From: Yuukianura sp. NJ FZ-2021
Taxonomy: Eukaryota
Assembly: GCA_046563655.1 (NCBI GenBank)
Contig: CM102284.1
Location: 6,820,001 to 6,884,000, forward strand
Direction: 5' to 3'
DNA length: 64,000 nucleotides
Made by a program: the position numbers and the translations under genes. The notes beneath the pieces are model-generated. The model was not told where the DNA came from and made no database searches. It saw only the letters and a program-made list of their open reading frames with translations. This document shows positions 48,544 through 62,900 of this stretch, piece by piece. Within the stretch, counting starts at the first letter, position 1; each line of letters begins with the position of its first letter.

Positions 48544-50950
48544 ATGGACATATCCGAATCCTCCGAGGCGTGTAATCTCGTTGCTTGTCATGTCCTTAGA
48601 AGAGCATTTTTGTATATAAAGGAACTCCGAGTATTCTTTAATGATCCAGTTCGTTTTTGACTGTCTCGTTTGACTAATAGTTTCTCTTTTGTTGCAGAAA
48701 ATATACCTAGAGCTAACCCTGGGTCATCGAGCGACACGAAAAGAGAAGGCTACCCCAGATGGATTTACGCATGACTGGGAAGTTTTCGTTCGAACTGACC
48801 AGGGACAAATTCAAGCCTTCGTTGATCGCGTTATCTTCCATTTACATCAAACTTTTCAAAAACCTCGACGTGGTACGTTCTCCATATCAAATGAATTACA
48901 ATGTCGCACACTCAATGACTTATCACTGATCGTGATGACTGTTTATGATTCTACAGTTGTGAAGGAACCGCCTTTTAGCGTTAAAGAATCGGGATATGCT
49001 GGTTTCATGATAGAAATTGAGGTAAATGATCACTCAAACTTAAAACTAAACTTAGATTTGACAGCATTTGATTCATTTTCTGGTAAATTAGGTCTTCTTT
49101 AAGAACAAAGACGAACCGAGAAAAGCGAATTTCCACTATGACCTGTATCTGCAATCCGACGGACCACCAATAAACCCCTGCCGAAAGGAGAAACTAGTTT
49201 TCAAAAATCCCAACGAAGAGTTTACCAAGAAATTACTGGAAGGAGGTGGCGTTATTCAGAAAGACAAGGACGGTAGTAGTCGCAGCGATTCCTTTTCTTC
49301 AGCTAGTTCTTCCTACCAATCACTGCATTCAGGCGGCAAGTCTGCCAAACACTCAAGTACAAATCCAGCTAAAGCCAGTCCTAAAAATTCCTTTGAGAAT
49401 TTATTTGGAACACCAATCAAAAGAAACAGCGGTTCACCGTCGCTTACAACCAGTACTATTTGGTCTACTCCGAACGGCTCAACGAAGGATTCCAGCAATT
49501 CCAGTGGCAGTAGCGGCAAAGGTGGCAAGGGCGAACGAGCTTTCGTGACTCAACCGAATGGTAGCAGTGGCGGAAAAGGAGAAAAGATTCCAGTGAACAA
49601 GTCATCTTTAAGTGCTGAGAAAGCAAAAGCTTCAAAGTCACCAGTTATGCCAACACTTCTGAGTCCATCAGGTTCTGAAGGGTCCACTGGTAAACCAACT
49701 TCCTCAAAATCTTCAAAGTCACGCCGTAGTTCCAGTGAGAAGCGAAGTAAAAGTGAAGACAAAGTTCGCAAAATGTTACCCCCTGAGCACTCAGCTGTGC
49801 CTAGGAAATCCAAGAAGTCTGATATGTTTACGCCTTCTCCATCTTCAACAAGCGTCTCCATTGAGAATTCCACGAAGAGTTCCGACAAGTCCAAGAAGAA
49901 GAGTTCGAAACACAAGAAAATCAAGATTGAAGTAGATGACGGTTCTTATGCTTCACCACCGGAAACGATTTCTCGAAAAGAGAGTAGGAAGGATGTTCAT
50001 TTGGAAATTAAGAAAGAACGGAGAGACAGGGACAAATCTCAGATGAGTCCAGTATCATCCAGCTCACGTGACTCATCTCCAAGTTCGGCATCTTCTGGAA
50101 GTGAAGTCAATTCAGAAGAAGAGGAAGAGTCGGAAGTGGACTCGGACCGAGAAGAAGTACTTGAGAAGTCTAACAAACGCATTGTAGCTGCCAATTCTAC
50201 TTCGTCGTATAAACGACGTTCCACTGTACATCGGCCGAGTGACAGTGACAGTGGAAGTGAGCAGCAGTCGCCTGGACCTCAAAGATCTCCGCCTTCATCT
50301 CCTGCTTCCAGTGTTCCTTCTCCGCCTCCAAAACGACGAAAAAGTTCCAATTCTTCGTCAAGTCACACACCAGACCAACGTCATGGTCGCAGTGAATCAC
50401 CAATGGAAAAGCCAAATTCCAGTAGTTCAGTCAAAGTCAAGAAGGAACCGCGTCATCACAAACGTAACGACGGTAAGTTTCTAATTCTGATCTCTCGAAC
50501 TCACTTTTCGCAATGAATTTGGTTGATTTCATTGTTCATTCTGTTGGTTTTTTAGATGAAAAGCATAGAAGTTCTCGGAAAAAGTCAAAGAAGCACAAGA
50601 AGAAAGTATTTGAAGAAGATCATGAATCCGATTCGTCAGTTTCTTCCGTCGAGTCTTATGCATCTCCTACAACCGGAAACGGAGTCACCAGTAACGGCCT
50701 CAGTCCGAATCCTGGAATTTTCATTGCCTCTACCTCTGCCTTTACACTTGAAATGGGAATTTTACAAGAACTGTACGCTCGAATTTCTTCCCTGACTGAT
50801 CCAGAGAAACTTCAAGAAGTTGTGGACATTGTTATGGACAGTTGCGGCCAAGACTTATGGAGTTTGGAATCCGGCTTGTCATTTGACTTTGATTTGTGCA
50901 AACTCAGCCCCTCGACTATCAGAAAAATTCAAGAGGCAATCCTAGATTGA
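48544..50950 (+). CDS. ear: AF9/ENL-family YEATS-domain transcription elongation factor (first exon uncertain)
   Basis: Exons 48698-48872, 48957-49021, 49092-50472 and 50556-50950. YEATS ([43 protein letters not shown]), Ser/Lys-rich linker and C-terminal AHD ([22 protein letters not shown]). Confidence 0.93.
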
Positions 50951-53900
50951 CCAAACAGAGTATAAGTAAGTTAAGACTTTAAAATCATAAAAGCTTTTTT
51001 CCAGAGTTTTTCGACTTGTCGAAAAATTTTTTGGCGTTTTTGGTAACACTTAACTTTAATCCAATGTCAATCGAATCGAAGGCACGAAATCGAATACAGT
51101 AGGTTGCCAATTATATGGTAAGCTAAAATAACTAATTTAAACTAATTTAAAAAAGTAAACTAAGCAATCACATAACTCAATATTTAACAACCCCTAAAAT
51201 AGACATTTTTAGAAAACGAAACGGTTTTTTAGAGTAGGATTTTGTACAAGGTTACTATTGACAATTTAAATTAGTAATTTGATTCATGATGATCGTTGTG
51301 TAACGATTAGGTTCAAGTTCTTACTGAAAACAGTAATTATTATACTAGGTACATCGGGACATAAACTTAATCCAAATGTTAAGTTAGGTTAACTTAACCT
51401 AATTTAGCAGTGATTAGTTTATATAACTCACAGGAGACATTACGTAACTATGTTGTGACTTTTAAAATGTGGGTTAAACTGTAGACTTTTCAACAAAAAA
51501 TTCTGAAATTTTTTCTTTTCGTAAACCACAAAGTTCTTAAAAAAGAATTTCTTCCGTGTGTTCCGTATGTTTTCCTTTTTGCAATACTTAGAACTGAAAA
51601 ATCTTTTCATAATTTGAAAAATTTGATGAGAAATTTCCATATTAAAGTTAGGCAGTGCTTAAGCGTTTAAAAAGTGGAATGGATTGATGCTGTAATACCA
51701 TTAGTCAATAATAACACAATGGTAGATTACTCATTTGTGATTATAATTTAAAATGAACTGTTAAAATTAAGTACTTGACTTGTTTAGTTCTTCCTGTGTG
51801 AACTTTTGCAGAGATTTCCCGTTTAATTTCAAGATTAATTAGTTAGTTTAGTTAAGTTAATTGATGAATTGTTAAATGCAACTCCCTTTTCATGACTATT
51901 AGATTTTTCCAAAATGCTTCCAGGCAACGCGAGAGACAGCTACTATTACTAGTTACATCAAAGGGAGAAATTTTTATCTAAAAACAACAGAACTTATTTA
52001 GGTTAAACTAACTTTAGTTAGATTGTTTAAGAGTTTAAACATGTTTTTGTATTGCTTTATTTTCACTGATATACAAGAAAGAGAGGACTTTGTATTTATT
52101 TACGTTTGAGGTCAATTTGTTAACGTAATTTGTGAATGACCAAACAATTTACAATGCGCAGAATTAATCATCCTGTGTAGAGTACCACAGTTTTTAAGTA
52201 TTCAATTCAACGTGGTTCCAAATGGCCAAAGTAAAGATGGAATCAGTTTGCAAACGAGATTGTTTTCTCCTTGTTCTAAAAAAATCTTCTTTCTTTTAGA
52301 AAGTTCTTGAAAATGTGGAATTTCTTTTTGGATTTTCAAAAGTTCTTTGAAAAAGAGGCTAAGAACAGTAGAATTTTAGAATCTTTTTTTGTTTCAAGTG
52401 GTTAAGGACCGTTGTACACAACTATTTTGAGAGGACTCACCGCTACTGCCAGCATCACGACCAAAATGCTGGTGGTGGTAGTGCGGAAAAGAAAGAAAAT
52501 ATTTGTAGTGCACTCAGAGGAAGCAGAAATAAGAGAAAATCGAAGGGAGAAAGTGGATTTGGTGGAGATTTTGATTTTGTGTTCATTTCCTTGGTAGTGA
52601 TTACAGTTGGGGAAAGTGAAGAAAGCAGGAGATTCGGACTTTCTGTACAATGTAACCGGCACAACCTAACGTAACTATAACCTAACCGACGGCAGAAAAG
52701 CTTCGGTTGGTCCAGCTTCCACTTTCTTCGCTTTCTTTTTAGATTCTAGATCTTCCTAGTTTTAGTTTAGAACGTAACTGGAAGTTCTCAAGTGGAAAGA
52801 CATTCCCTTCTAATCCTCTAACCATCAGACCATCATCCCCATCCAGGCGGTGCGTATGCTTTCACCATTGTCTCCACATTCAGTAATGGAAAAAAATACT
52901 TTTTTTTTGAAAATTCAGGAAAAAATTTTGACGTCCTTTTCCAGGTTATGATTTTTGGAAAATTCAGGAATTTATTTAAAAATTTCTTTTTACGAATCTG
53001 AAACTGTTTTATGTAACGGAGCAAAGAATTATGGTTGAACAAACCCTATAATTTCAAAATCAACAACTTTTTTTGAATTTGTGAGTTGAAAAGTATAAAA
53101 AACATGAATCTTTTGAAAATCTTTAGAAGTTTAGAGTTTGGCAGAAGAGGGTTTGCGTATACTGTTCCCTGTAATTTGGAGAAAGTTGACAAGAGGACGG
53201 TTTCCCCTAACTGCTAATGACAGACTATTATCATTTGTACTACTATTCAAATTTCCCACTTTTGGCTTTCCCTGTTCCAAATTTGAGAGAGATTTTGAGA
53301 AGGAAGTTCATTTTGGAAAATTAGACTTGATTCTTACATTTCCATTTTGTGTGACAAAGTTCTAACGAAACTCCACAGCTCAAATTGACTTCGCAGAAGA
53401 AAACTTCAACTTTCCCTTTTTCCACAAAGTTACCAAAGGGAAAAATGTGTTGAATTTCTCAATTCCCGAAAAACAGAAAAGCCACATCTTTTCACATTTG
53501 TCATTTGAATTGACTTTAAGTACAGGGTTCAAAAGTTCTCAGATTTCAATCTGATCTCATCTTTCACGCCCTCCCATCATCAAATTATTCCAAAAGTACT
53601 GGAATACTGCTGAAAAGTACTGCGGGATTAAGAAAGAAAATAAGTATGAGGAAAACGGTTTCTCTAAAATGTTGGCCATATAACATATAAATGAGTTCTC
53701 TAATTCTAATTTCGAAAAAATTGTGATGCTAAAGAACATAATACTTCCTTTTCCTGTTTCAACTGCGTTCTTTTTGCAAATTGAATGAATCATAACTTTC
53801 TCTTTTGTCATTTTTTTTTTTAACTTCCCCCGCAATTTTTCCTGGTAGCTCAAATGGACACTAAATTTTCGTCAACATTCATAGGAATGAGGCAGTTTCA

Positions 53901-56900
53901 GTTTTTTTCAGAAATTATTTCAAAAAATGTCTCCATTTCCAAAGGAAATATAATTTTTCCATTTCTATTTGGCAGGGGGAGAATTTTTTTCAAAAATGAA
54001 AATAGGCCTAAAGAAATTTGGTTTTCGGTTTTTGGAGAATCCTGTTTGGATATCGATTCCTGATTGGGTATTAGGAGGGACCAGAACTCTGTTTGCAAGC
54101 CTAAAAATGAAAAAAATTGAAAGTTTTGAGAGGAAATGTTTCAAAATTTTGAAAAAAGGCATGGTCCGAACTGTTACTGATTTTGAACCATTAAAAGTGA
54201 TTGGTCATTAAGAAATAAGAGGCGCAAGGTGCACGTTTGTGAGTCGCACTTTCTCTTGGCACTTCCTAGGACCCCGGCAAAACTACAAAAAAAAAAATGA
54301 AAACGCAAAGCTAAGATGAACAACAATGGGAACTAGAGATGCAATTAGGAATTAATATCTACACGGGGAAAAATCTATTTTTATACTTTTTAGTTTTTAA
54401 AAAATTATGTTTTTGAAATATTGAAAACCAAAATTCAAGATTCAAATGTTGAATTTTTCCGCAACCTGCCAAACCAAGCTTCCAGACTTTCTCTCACCCA
54501 TAGGATGTTCTGTATTTCCGAAAGAACAAAATTACGAACAACAATTTTGATTTTTTTTTAAATTTTCAAAAAAAAAATTGAAATTTTGATTCATTCGCAC
54601 GATGTTCTAACTGGCCGAAGCTGTATGCGTTGAGGAGAAAGTCGTCTTTCTCCTTGCCTCAATTTCCTCATAATTTCCAAGTAAACTCATTAAAACTTTA
54701 AAGTTTTAAAACCTTGAGTAGATTAGTAAAAGTTTTTCCAAAATTTGGCACTACTTTCTCTCGTTGCTTCCAGTTTTTTGTACAAAAGTGAAAGTCTGGC
54801 GAAATTCCATACATTTATAGTAGTAGTAGTGCAGGATGTTTGAAAAGTTGGAGTAGTGTGTTAGTGAATGTAGAAATGGTTGAGTTATTTGGGAATGAGA
54901 TGAGATCAAATGTAATCCCAGCGGAAGTGTTATTTATTGTGATATTCCAGCAGACGGAGGGCTCCTATTCCTCTGTCAGTTCCTGTTGGACTCCTGCTTT
55001 GGTCGTGTACTATTTGCCAAGTCAAAGTGAAAGTGGAGACGAGGGCACCGTTGGCACCGTGGAACCGTGGCAGCCTTTGGCTTTGGCAGTTGGGAAATTA
55101 TTGACAGAAGGGAGGTGGGAGTGTACGGTGGTGCTAACTCTGTGACTCTAGATTGAATCATTCTAACCCTACTTTTATGAGCAAGGCTTACAGGATTGGA
55201 TTTCACTTTCACCAGTACTATAAGTTCAGACTTCTAGAATTCTAGAGACTAGAACATGATGAGAATCACACAACTTCATCTTCATCACACATTCCCATCA
55301 ACAGGAGATACTTGATACTGCGGAGCAATAACAAATGTCTATGTCTCTAGAGATTTTTTAAGACAAACAGCAACGACTTTCTCCAAATCTGCAGAATCAC
55401 AAGAAAAAAAGAATTCTTTTTGAAAGATTCAAATTTCTGAAATTTAACATTTTTCAACTGTAACATTTAAAGTGACCAGGAGAAAGTGTGTAAAAACTAA
55501 AATTTGTCATGTTTTACATGATGGGTTGTTTTTTCTTAAGTTGTGTTTAGGCTCATAAAATTTTTAAATTTTCGTTGTTTGCTGCATTATGAACAACTTT
55601 GTGTTCAAAGTTTGAGCCAAATGTAATTGGACAGGAAATGTATTAATGAGACAAGTGAATTGGGCTCTTCTGGAAGTGGAAACCCCAGATTAAGTGTTTG
55701 GAAACATGCGATTCAAATTTGTCCAAATTGTTGTGTCTAATCGTAGCCTTTTCGAGAAAGTTGGTTAGAAACTGGTTTTCACTTTATAGGAAAGCACAAC
55801 TCTCTTACCCTAAAAGTTTTAACATTTAGAGTGGAAACCTAACAAGCCCTGAGTAACTTCTGGAAAAGAAAGGGCGATAGTTCTTGGATTTCCAAATCCT
55901 TATGATTCCATTACATCCAAGGAGACTTTATTATTGTCATTCTCTTCTGCTTGGCTAGAGTGAGTCCAGAACAGTTTGAAGAAAAATGGGAGCCCTTTGT
56001 GCCTTACCTGTTGCTCACATACAAAAAATGGAACAGACTTTCTTCTTCTGCTGTAATGCTAAGGCTATGGAAAAGTCAAGACGTTCAACAGGCTGATTTC
56101 TATCTAAAGCACATCGCGGATCATTCCTTTCACTTTTCCAGCAGCCTCAAACTTGATTTCCAAAATTTCAAAATTTTATTTTGAGTACCTAAGCAGGTAG
56201 TACAACGCAAATACGAAATAACATGACCGAATCATGTCAGTTTTTGTTTTGTGAGGTCACGTTTCGAGGAGTTTTTTGTTTGTATTTTGGAAAAGTTGAC
56301 CAAAAGTGAAAGTAGAGCGAAAAAAAGTTTGGAAAACACGTTTTGGGGTCGGCGGTGGATGAAGGTAGAAACGTGAAGATGTAAAGTGGCTTTTCACTTC
56401 TTCCTTTGATTGCTTCTTTCAAAAAGAGTTCCACTTTCTTGGAAAAAGTGTAGTTCTAAAGTTGGTCAACTGAATAGTGCTGAACTGACTCAAATGCACT
56501 TTAATCCTCTACTTTTTTGAAATAGGATGGTTCAAAATATTTCTAATCTGACCATTTCCTCACGAACTGCCGCTTTTCAAAAGAAAGTAAAAGTGAAAGG
56601 AGCAGTGAGGAGTTGCATTTCTTCAAATTGAATGAAAGGAGACGACGGCACAAGATCATAAGGAAAGTCAAAGTCAAGTTCTCTCTGTGTAGCTCAAAGT
56701 TAGGAAATCCACGAGACGAAAACAGAGCAAGAGTTCATTTTTGGTAAAAGTAGAGGAGAAAACATCAAAATGACATTACGACCAGGAGGAAGGGCAAGAA
56801 TAGCAAAATAACCTCAGCTTTCTTTCAAATCCAAGTTGGCAGAACAATAGGGTTGGACACGCAATGGTTTAAGTTTGGCTGTACAGTGCACAGCACTTGT

Positions 56901-59900
56901 GCTTTCTCTCGGTGTCTTCGTTTCTTAGTAGTGCTCACTTTTTCGCTCCACAACACAACTAATTCTGAAACAAATCAATTTCCACACGCACTTTCTCAGT
57001 ATCAAAGTTAATTTTGAGTTCAAATTTATTTTTAAATTTTCAAATCCAACTAAACAAAATTCTTTCCCCAGAAAAATTGCGTTTTGGAGAAAGTCAAAAT
57101 TTTGGCTCCAGTCCATGAGCTTGTAATTTTCAAAATTTCGAGTTTTGTTCAGATTTTATTTCGTTTTTGTGTAAAAAATGACTTTAGATTCAGACGTTTG
57201 TGTTAGCTTATGTTAGTCTGACTTTCTCTTTATACTTTTTCATGAAAATTGAGGAGGAGGTGTGATTACGTCCAATTCCGAATGATTTATACTACGAATT
57301 GGTTTGGAAGGGAGGATTGTGGACTAGATTTCATAAACTGGATGATTGATTTCTTTTGAGTAAATCTTTTCTTTTCCAAATGGGCTTGTGATTTCCTTTG
57401 ATTTGATTCATTTCAATGGACCAAAAGGAGCTTTGGAACAGCCAAAAAACCCAACAGTTGATTTATGTGTTTGGCTCCTGCTGGACTAAATAAGTTGAAA
57501 GATATTCCTTTTCCATGCAGAGACCTACTATGGTAGTAGTGCTCGGGGGAGAGAAAGTTTAAGCTCCTGAAACCCACGTTACAATGTAAGTCCAATTCCT
57601 TGTAATAAATCTTCTGAAGAAGGAAGGAGAGGGATCAACGACTCGTCGTTTAATTCATTGGTTCGATTCTTCTTCTTCTTCTGTTTCCAAAGTACCAAGT
57701 TTTTCTGGTGCTCTTTGCCTTTGGTCTTCTCTCCTTTCACTACTGCCTTCTCTGTCATGGATCGATTCTTGAAAAAGGAAACTCTCAAGTCTCTTTTCAT
57801 TTAGAAACAGAAGGAACAGGGGAAAACCAACCAGCAGCAGCCCTACTGTACAACTTCTGCCGCTCTGTGTTTCGTTTTTGGCTTCCCGGGAGTAATTCAT
57901 CTACAACCAACCACATAAGAACAGCAGCAGCACCAACAACAACCAACGACGACGACTGACGCATGACATTGTGGGCTTTCGACAGGAGAAAGTTGCTCCT
58001 TGGCGACCGCTTTGACTTTTTTTTTCATTGGCCAATGATTTGTGCTGCGGTTGTTCAAAGGGAAAAGTGAAAACTATTCTGAAAAACTCAAGTTTTCCTG
58101 CAAGGGTGCAAAATCTCCTGAAAAATGCAAATTTTCCAATAGAAGTTCACTTTCTTCTTGCAAGAATTTAACATTTTTCACGGAAATTTTTGCTCTGCCT
58201 TGAAAATTTGTTTTTTGAGGTAAAATGAACGTGAGATCATGGCTGACATAATTGGTCATAATTTGAGTGCGGGAGAAAGTAAATTTCAGGGCAAAAGGTA
58301 CACATTGGACCATAAGTGCCGTGGATCCATGCTGCAGAAGAAGCTAGAGCGGCCGGGACTTTGGTGGAGGTGGATTCTGCGGAGAACGGAGTGAAAGTGT
58401 ACTTTCTCCCCCAGCCGGATCCAAAAGCAACAGATAGAAGCAACAGCCTTAAATTCCGGACTCTCTCCTTTCCGCCGGAACCGATCGGATGAGGATCCAT
58501 AAAAACTTTGGGCCTGTTACTACAGTACTGCCTGCGACCACGGCCCTGGTCATGGACTGCCTCCTGGAACTCACTGGAGAATAGACAGGCAGTCGTGTGG
58601 GGAGGGAGAAAGCAACAGGACAGAATACACTTCCAAAACCAAACCAGTCCTCCGTCTTCCCTCCACCCAGACAGTCACTTTCTCCAGTACACTCTATAAC
58701 TTAACTTTCACTTTTCATAACACTTCAAAACACAACGTTTCACTTTTTGTATAAAGCTTTTCATATTTTGAAACCGAATTTTCCCAAGTTTTTCTCGAGT
58801 TTTCTCAAATTTGTATTGAATTTTCTTAAATTTTGCTCGAATTTTCTCAATTTCTCAGATTTTGTCAAAAGACCGTTGTTTTTTGTAACAAGAAATTTTC
58901 ACTTTCCAATTTTTTTTGTCAACTTTCTTTTTTGTCTCAAATTTTCCGGTTTTTTCATTTTAGACTAGTTTTGGATAATTTTGCATCTAAAACAGAATTT
59001 TCAGGACAAGAAGCAGTTGGAAGTGTGAGATAAAATTTTAGCAGCCTTCTGAGAGACTTTGAAAAGGTAAGTAACTAAGTTCTATTGTTTTTCTAATTCA
59101 AATGGTGGCTCATCAATCAAAGAGGAAGGTGGGTGGTAGAGTCTGGGCTTCCAGGAAATGGATTCAGGAAGAGCTGAATTAGCAATGCATTAGACAGAGG
59201 TGACATGCAGCAGGAAATTGAACAACGACAGCCTCCAGGGGGTTCACAATTTTGTTGCTCATTCCATCTGCTACCTAATCTCCTCCACTTTCACTCAAAA
59301 ACTGGTATGTTCCATCATCAGTCAAACTGTGGTGAAAACTAATGTTGCGGTGGCAGAGGATTTTGAATGTTTTAAACAAATTGTTCAGTTTCAACATTTC
59401 AGGTTAGGCTGGTTACGTTCACGTTAAGGGAGGATAGTTAGGGTTAGACAGTTACGCCACTGTGCTTGTCGTTTGTGACTTTTGGTTTCACTTTTTTGTG
59501 AAAGTTGTGACTTGAAGTTGACGCTCTGCGTGTAGAAGTTCAAGAAGGGCGGAAAAGGTTGAAGAAAAGAAGGATTTAGTTCTTTTTTTCGTTTTCTAAT
59601 TTCACTTCTCATTAAAAAAGTTGATCACTTGGGACGAAAGGGAAAGACTTTTCTTATTTCTATTTTTCCTTTGATTTCAGGTTGATATTTTCCAACAAAT
59701 TTTTTTGAAAAAGAGAGAAAAGTCAGAGAAAGTGACTCCCAGTGTCATCAACTAAGAAACTTTTGAGGAGAAGAGTCGAAAGTAACTACGCAGGAGTTAA
59801 ATTACAAAAAGGAAAAAGTTGTGTAACTTATAACAGAAAAAGAGAGGCTCAACTTCAGTTGTAGTACTTTATAAATAATTGGTTTTAGGAAACTTACTTT

Positions 59901-62900
59901 CTTTTTCGTAGTAGTTACTCCCTCTGCCTTGTAAATCCAAACATTTTTTGTTGTAAAGGACCATTTTTTGGGGAAAGTAACTAGTGTAAAGACATTTTTT
60001 GTAATGTCGTGACATTTGACCTCTCCAGGAACTCTGGAGCCATAAATTCCTTCCAGGAAGGGAGCCTTTTTGTTTAGTATGTCAGGTTTTTAGGTTTGGT
60101 GAGCCGCAGAGCCAGTAACAAAGTGTGTGTTGGGTTGCGAGGGAGAGAGCGGAAACTTCGAATTTCCTTGAGTTCATTTCCTGTGAGTGAAAGTAAGGAT
60201 TACATTTAATTAGCATTAGACTTTCCCTCCCTCAATTTAATTAGGAAGATTGAAATCCGTCTGGAAGGGAGGAGATGGCTCAAGGATCAGAAAACTAACC
60301 TAACGTAACCAAAACTACATTAAGTAAGGTTCCCCAAGATCTAATTGCAAAATACCTCGGCTCTTGAAAAATTGAAAAAGAAAGTTTTGAAAATTTGAAA
60401 TTTCCAGTTTTTTAAACTTTCAAAAATTCATGATTCAAAAAAGTTTGAGAGAGGCTCATCAATTTCCTTCCAGTTCCAGTTATTATCTTGCTCTTCCAGG
60501 CTCTTCCAACAAGTTTTTTACGTTACGTTTTTTGCAAAAAGGAAGTTTCAATTTCCAAATCCGCTTGGTAAAATATGAAAGGGAGTTTTTTTTTAAAAAG
60601 GGAAATCAAAATCACTTTTTTGAAAATTTTGAAAAAGAGAGGAGAGAAATAAATCCAAATGGCACGGCGTTTCTCTTCCTTTGATCTTCTCTCTTCATTT
60701 CCTTTTCAAAAGTTCTAAAATTGCCTACTTTCCAATCATTGTACAATTGGTTACAAAACTTTTTTTCCGTATCATGAACCAGTAGTATCGTAAGGAGAAA
60801 ACTCAAAATTTTGGATAAGGTTGGGTTTTTGAAAAATTGAAAGTCAATCTTGTACTTCCGGGTTTCCATAGTTACGCAAACACTTTCAATATTTCCAAAT
60901 TTTGGAATCCTTCCACCCAGGAGAAAGCAAGCAAACGAGCGCCTGTTTTCTCTTTTCAGTATTTTTCTTTACATGTTATGGATGAGTTGAACTGAAGCAG
61001 AACTGACTGCCAACACTTTCTCGAATTTTGGATACTCATATGCAGGGTTAAGGTAATGCTGGAAAACTTTAACCTTAAGAGCTTCCTCCCCTTAACATTC
61101 CTTCCGTTTCCCTAAAGTTAGGTTAAAGTTAGGTTTTGGGAAGAAGAAAGTTCCTGTTCATTTCATTTTCATTTCACTTTGAGTTGGTGGCTGAGAGAAA
61201 GCAGAGTCTTTTCCTTATTTTCCAAAATTAAATAGGACTTTCTTCCACACCCTCCTTCAAACACTCAAACCTTAGCGAATAACCGCCCTCTTAGGCCCAA
61301 ATGTAATTTGGACCTTGTTTTCAAACTTCCCAAACATGAATACATGCTCCAACAAGCTCACTAAACGCCTCAAACACACAATTTGTAATTTGTAATTGTT
61401 TATTTCATTTCAATTTGTAATCAAATTTCAATTTTTGTACAATTTTAGGCTTTGTGGTGCTGAAAGTGAAGGAAGTGTCGATTTTTTTATTTGGTTGGAT
61501 ATGTTACTTCAAAAGTTAAACTAATTTTCATTACTTTCTCTTTTTTAATTTAAAAGAAGCTTCAGAAGGGAGTCTTGGCAATTCAGAAAAAGCTTTGAAG
61601 CTCTGCAGGGAGTCTCGTGGTCTATGCGTGTTGTTATAAAGATGGCTTTAGAAGGAAAAGAAAAAATTCAAAAAGGGAAAAGGCGCTTCCCTTTAAAAGT
61701 CTTTTGTGCCATGCGGAAAGTGGAAGTTGGCAAAAGTGTCTGCAGTGAAAGCGGGTAACTTTAAGGCCGGACCGTCTTCTATAGTACTTGTCCTGTTTTG
61801 TGAAATGACCCCATGCCGTGCCAATTCAATTCAATTTGATTTTGATGATAAACTTGGGCCGACTCGTCCTTAACTTTCTTCATTTTTATTCTAAACTTTC
61901 TTCTCCTTTTTTATTAATTTGGATTTCTTCTTGGATTTTCTAAACCGAAAGTCCAAAGTACAATGAACAGCACTGCTCAATCTTTTCTCTTGAAACTTCA
62001 AATCTTTTGAGTTTCATAGTCTTATTTTGCCCAGAAACTCACCGGCTCACTCTGTACATTTCGGTAGTTCCATTACCTTATTTTTTATTCACCCTCGCTT
62101 TTATTCAATTCAAAAATTCCTTTGTTACTTAAGAAAAACTGAATTTTTGTTTTATTAATAGAAAGGTGAAAGCTAAGTTAGATCAGGTGAAAGTTGGTAC
62201 GGCTAAACTTAATCGAGAACAATTTTTATTTTTTGAAAAAGTGAAAATTTCAAAAATTCATTTCAGTTTCCTAAAAATCTCTATCGCTCTGGACCAGAAG
62301 GCTACAAACTTTAGAGTTTTTAGTACCCTTGAAGGGCTTGTTCTTAAACTGAAAACGACTCCATTTTGCAACTGTTTTGAAACTTAGGCGGGTCAAATCT
62401 TTTGGAACCAGCACCGTGTTCTGGACCACTCCAAAAACTGAAGTTGTGTATAATACAACAGGATTAGAGTCCATGTTCTTAACGAAACTCATTACGCTGT
62501 TCTGTTCCTATTGTTTTTAGTACTGAAACAGCAGGTTTTAGGAGGAAAAGGCTTAAAAAGGTGTAGGGAGAAAGTGTTTCTCATCAAAACCCCGAAAAGG
62601 ACCGTTGTTTTGAAACTGTTCAAAGGAAAACTGCTTCTTCCCACAGTGGAACACACATAACTTAAAGATACCCGCCTAAAACTATAACCTAAAGGTACAA
62701 CCTAACGTTTCTCGAGAACTAAAAGTTGCTTTTTGTGCAGAACACAAGTCTAGGAAGGAGAGGCTATGGAAAAGACATTAAAATTTTACGAGACACTCAT
62801 TTCCCCTTTCCTTTCTCCTTATTTTCACTTTCTCCTTCAAAACCTCAACACCCCCTAGCCTAACCATGCCTTCAACCCAACATAACCCACTCCTTACTAA

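Noticed and set aside
58237-58500. 87-aa ATG-initiated ORF in a GC-richer island
   Set aside because: No recognisable homology or supporting exon chain; kept only as part of the non-coding region finding.
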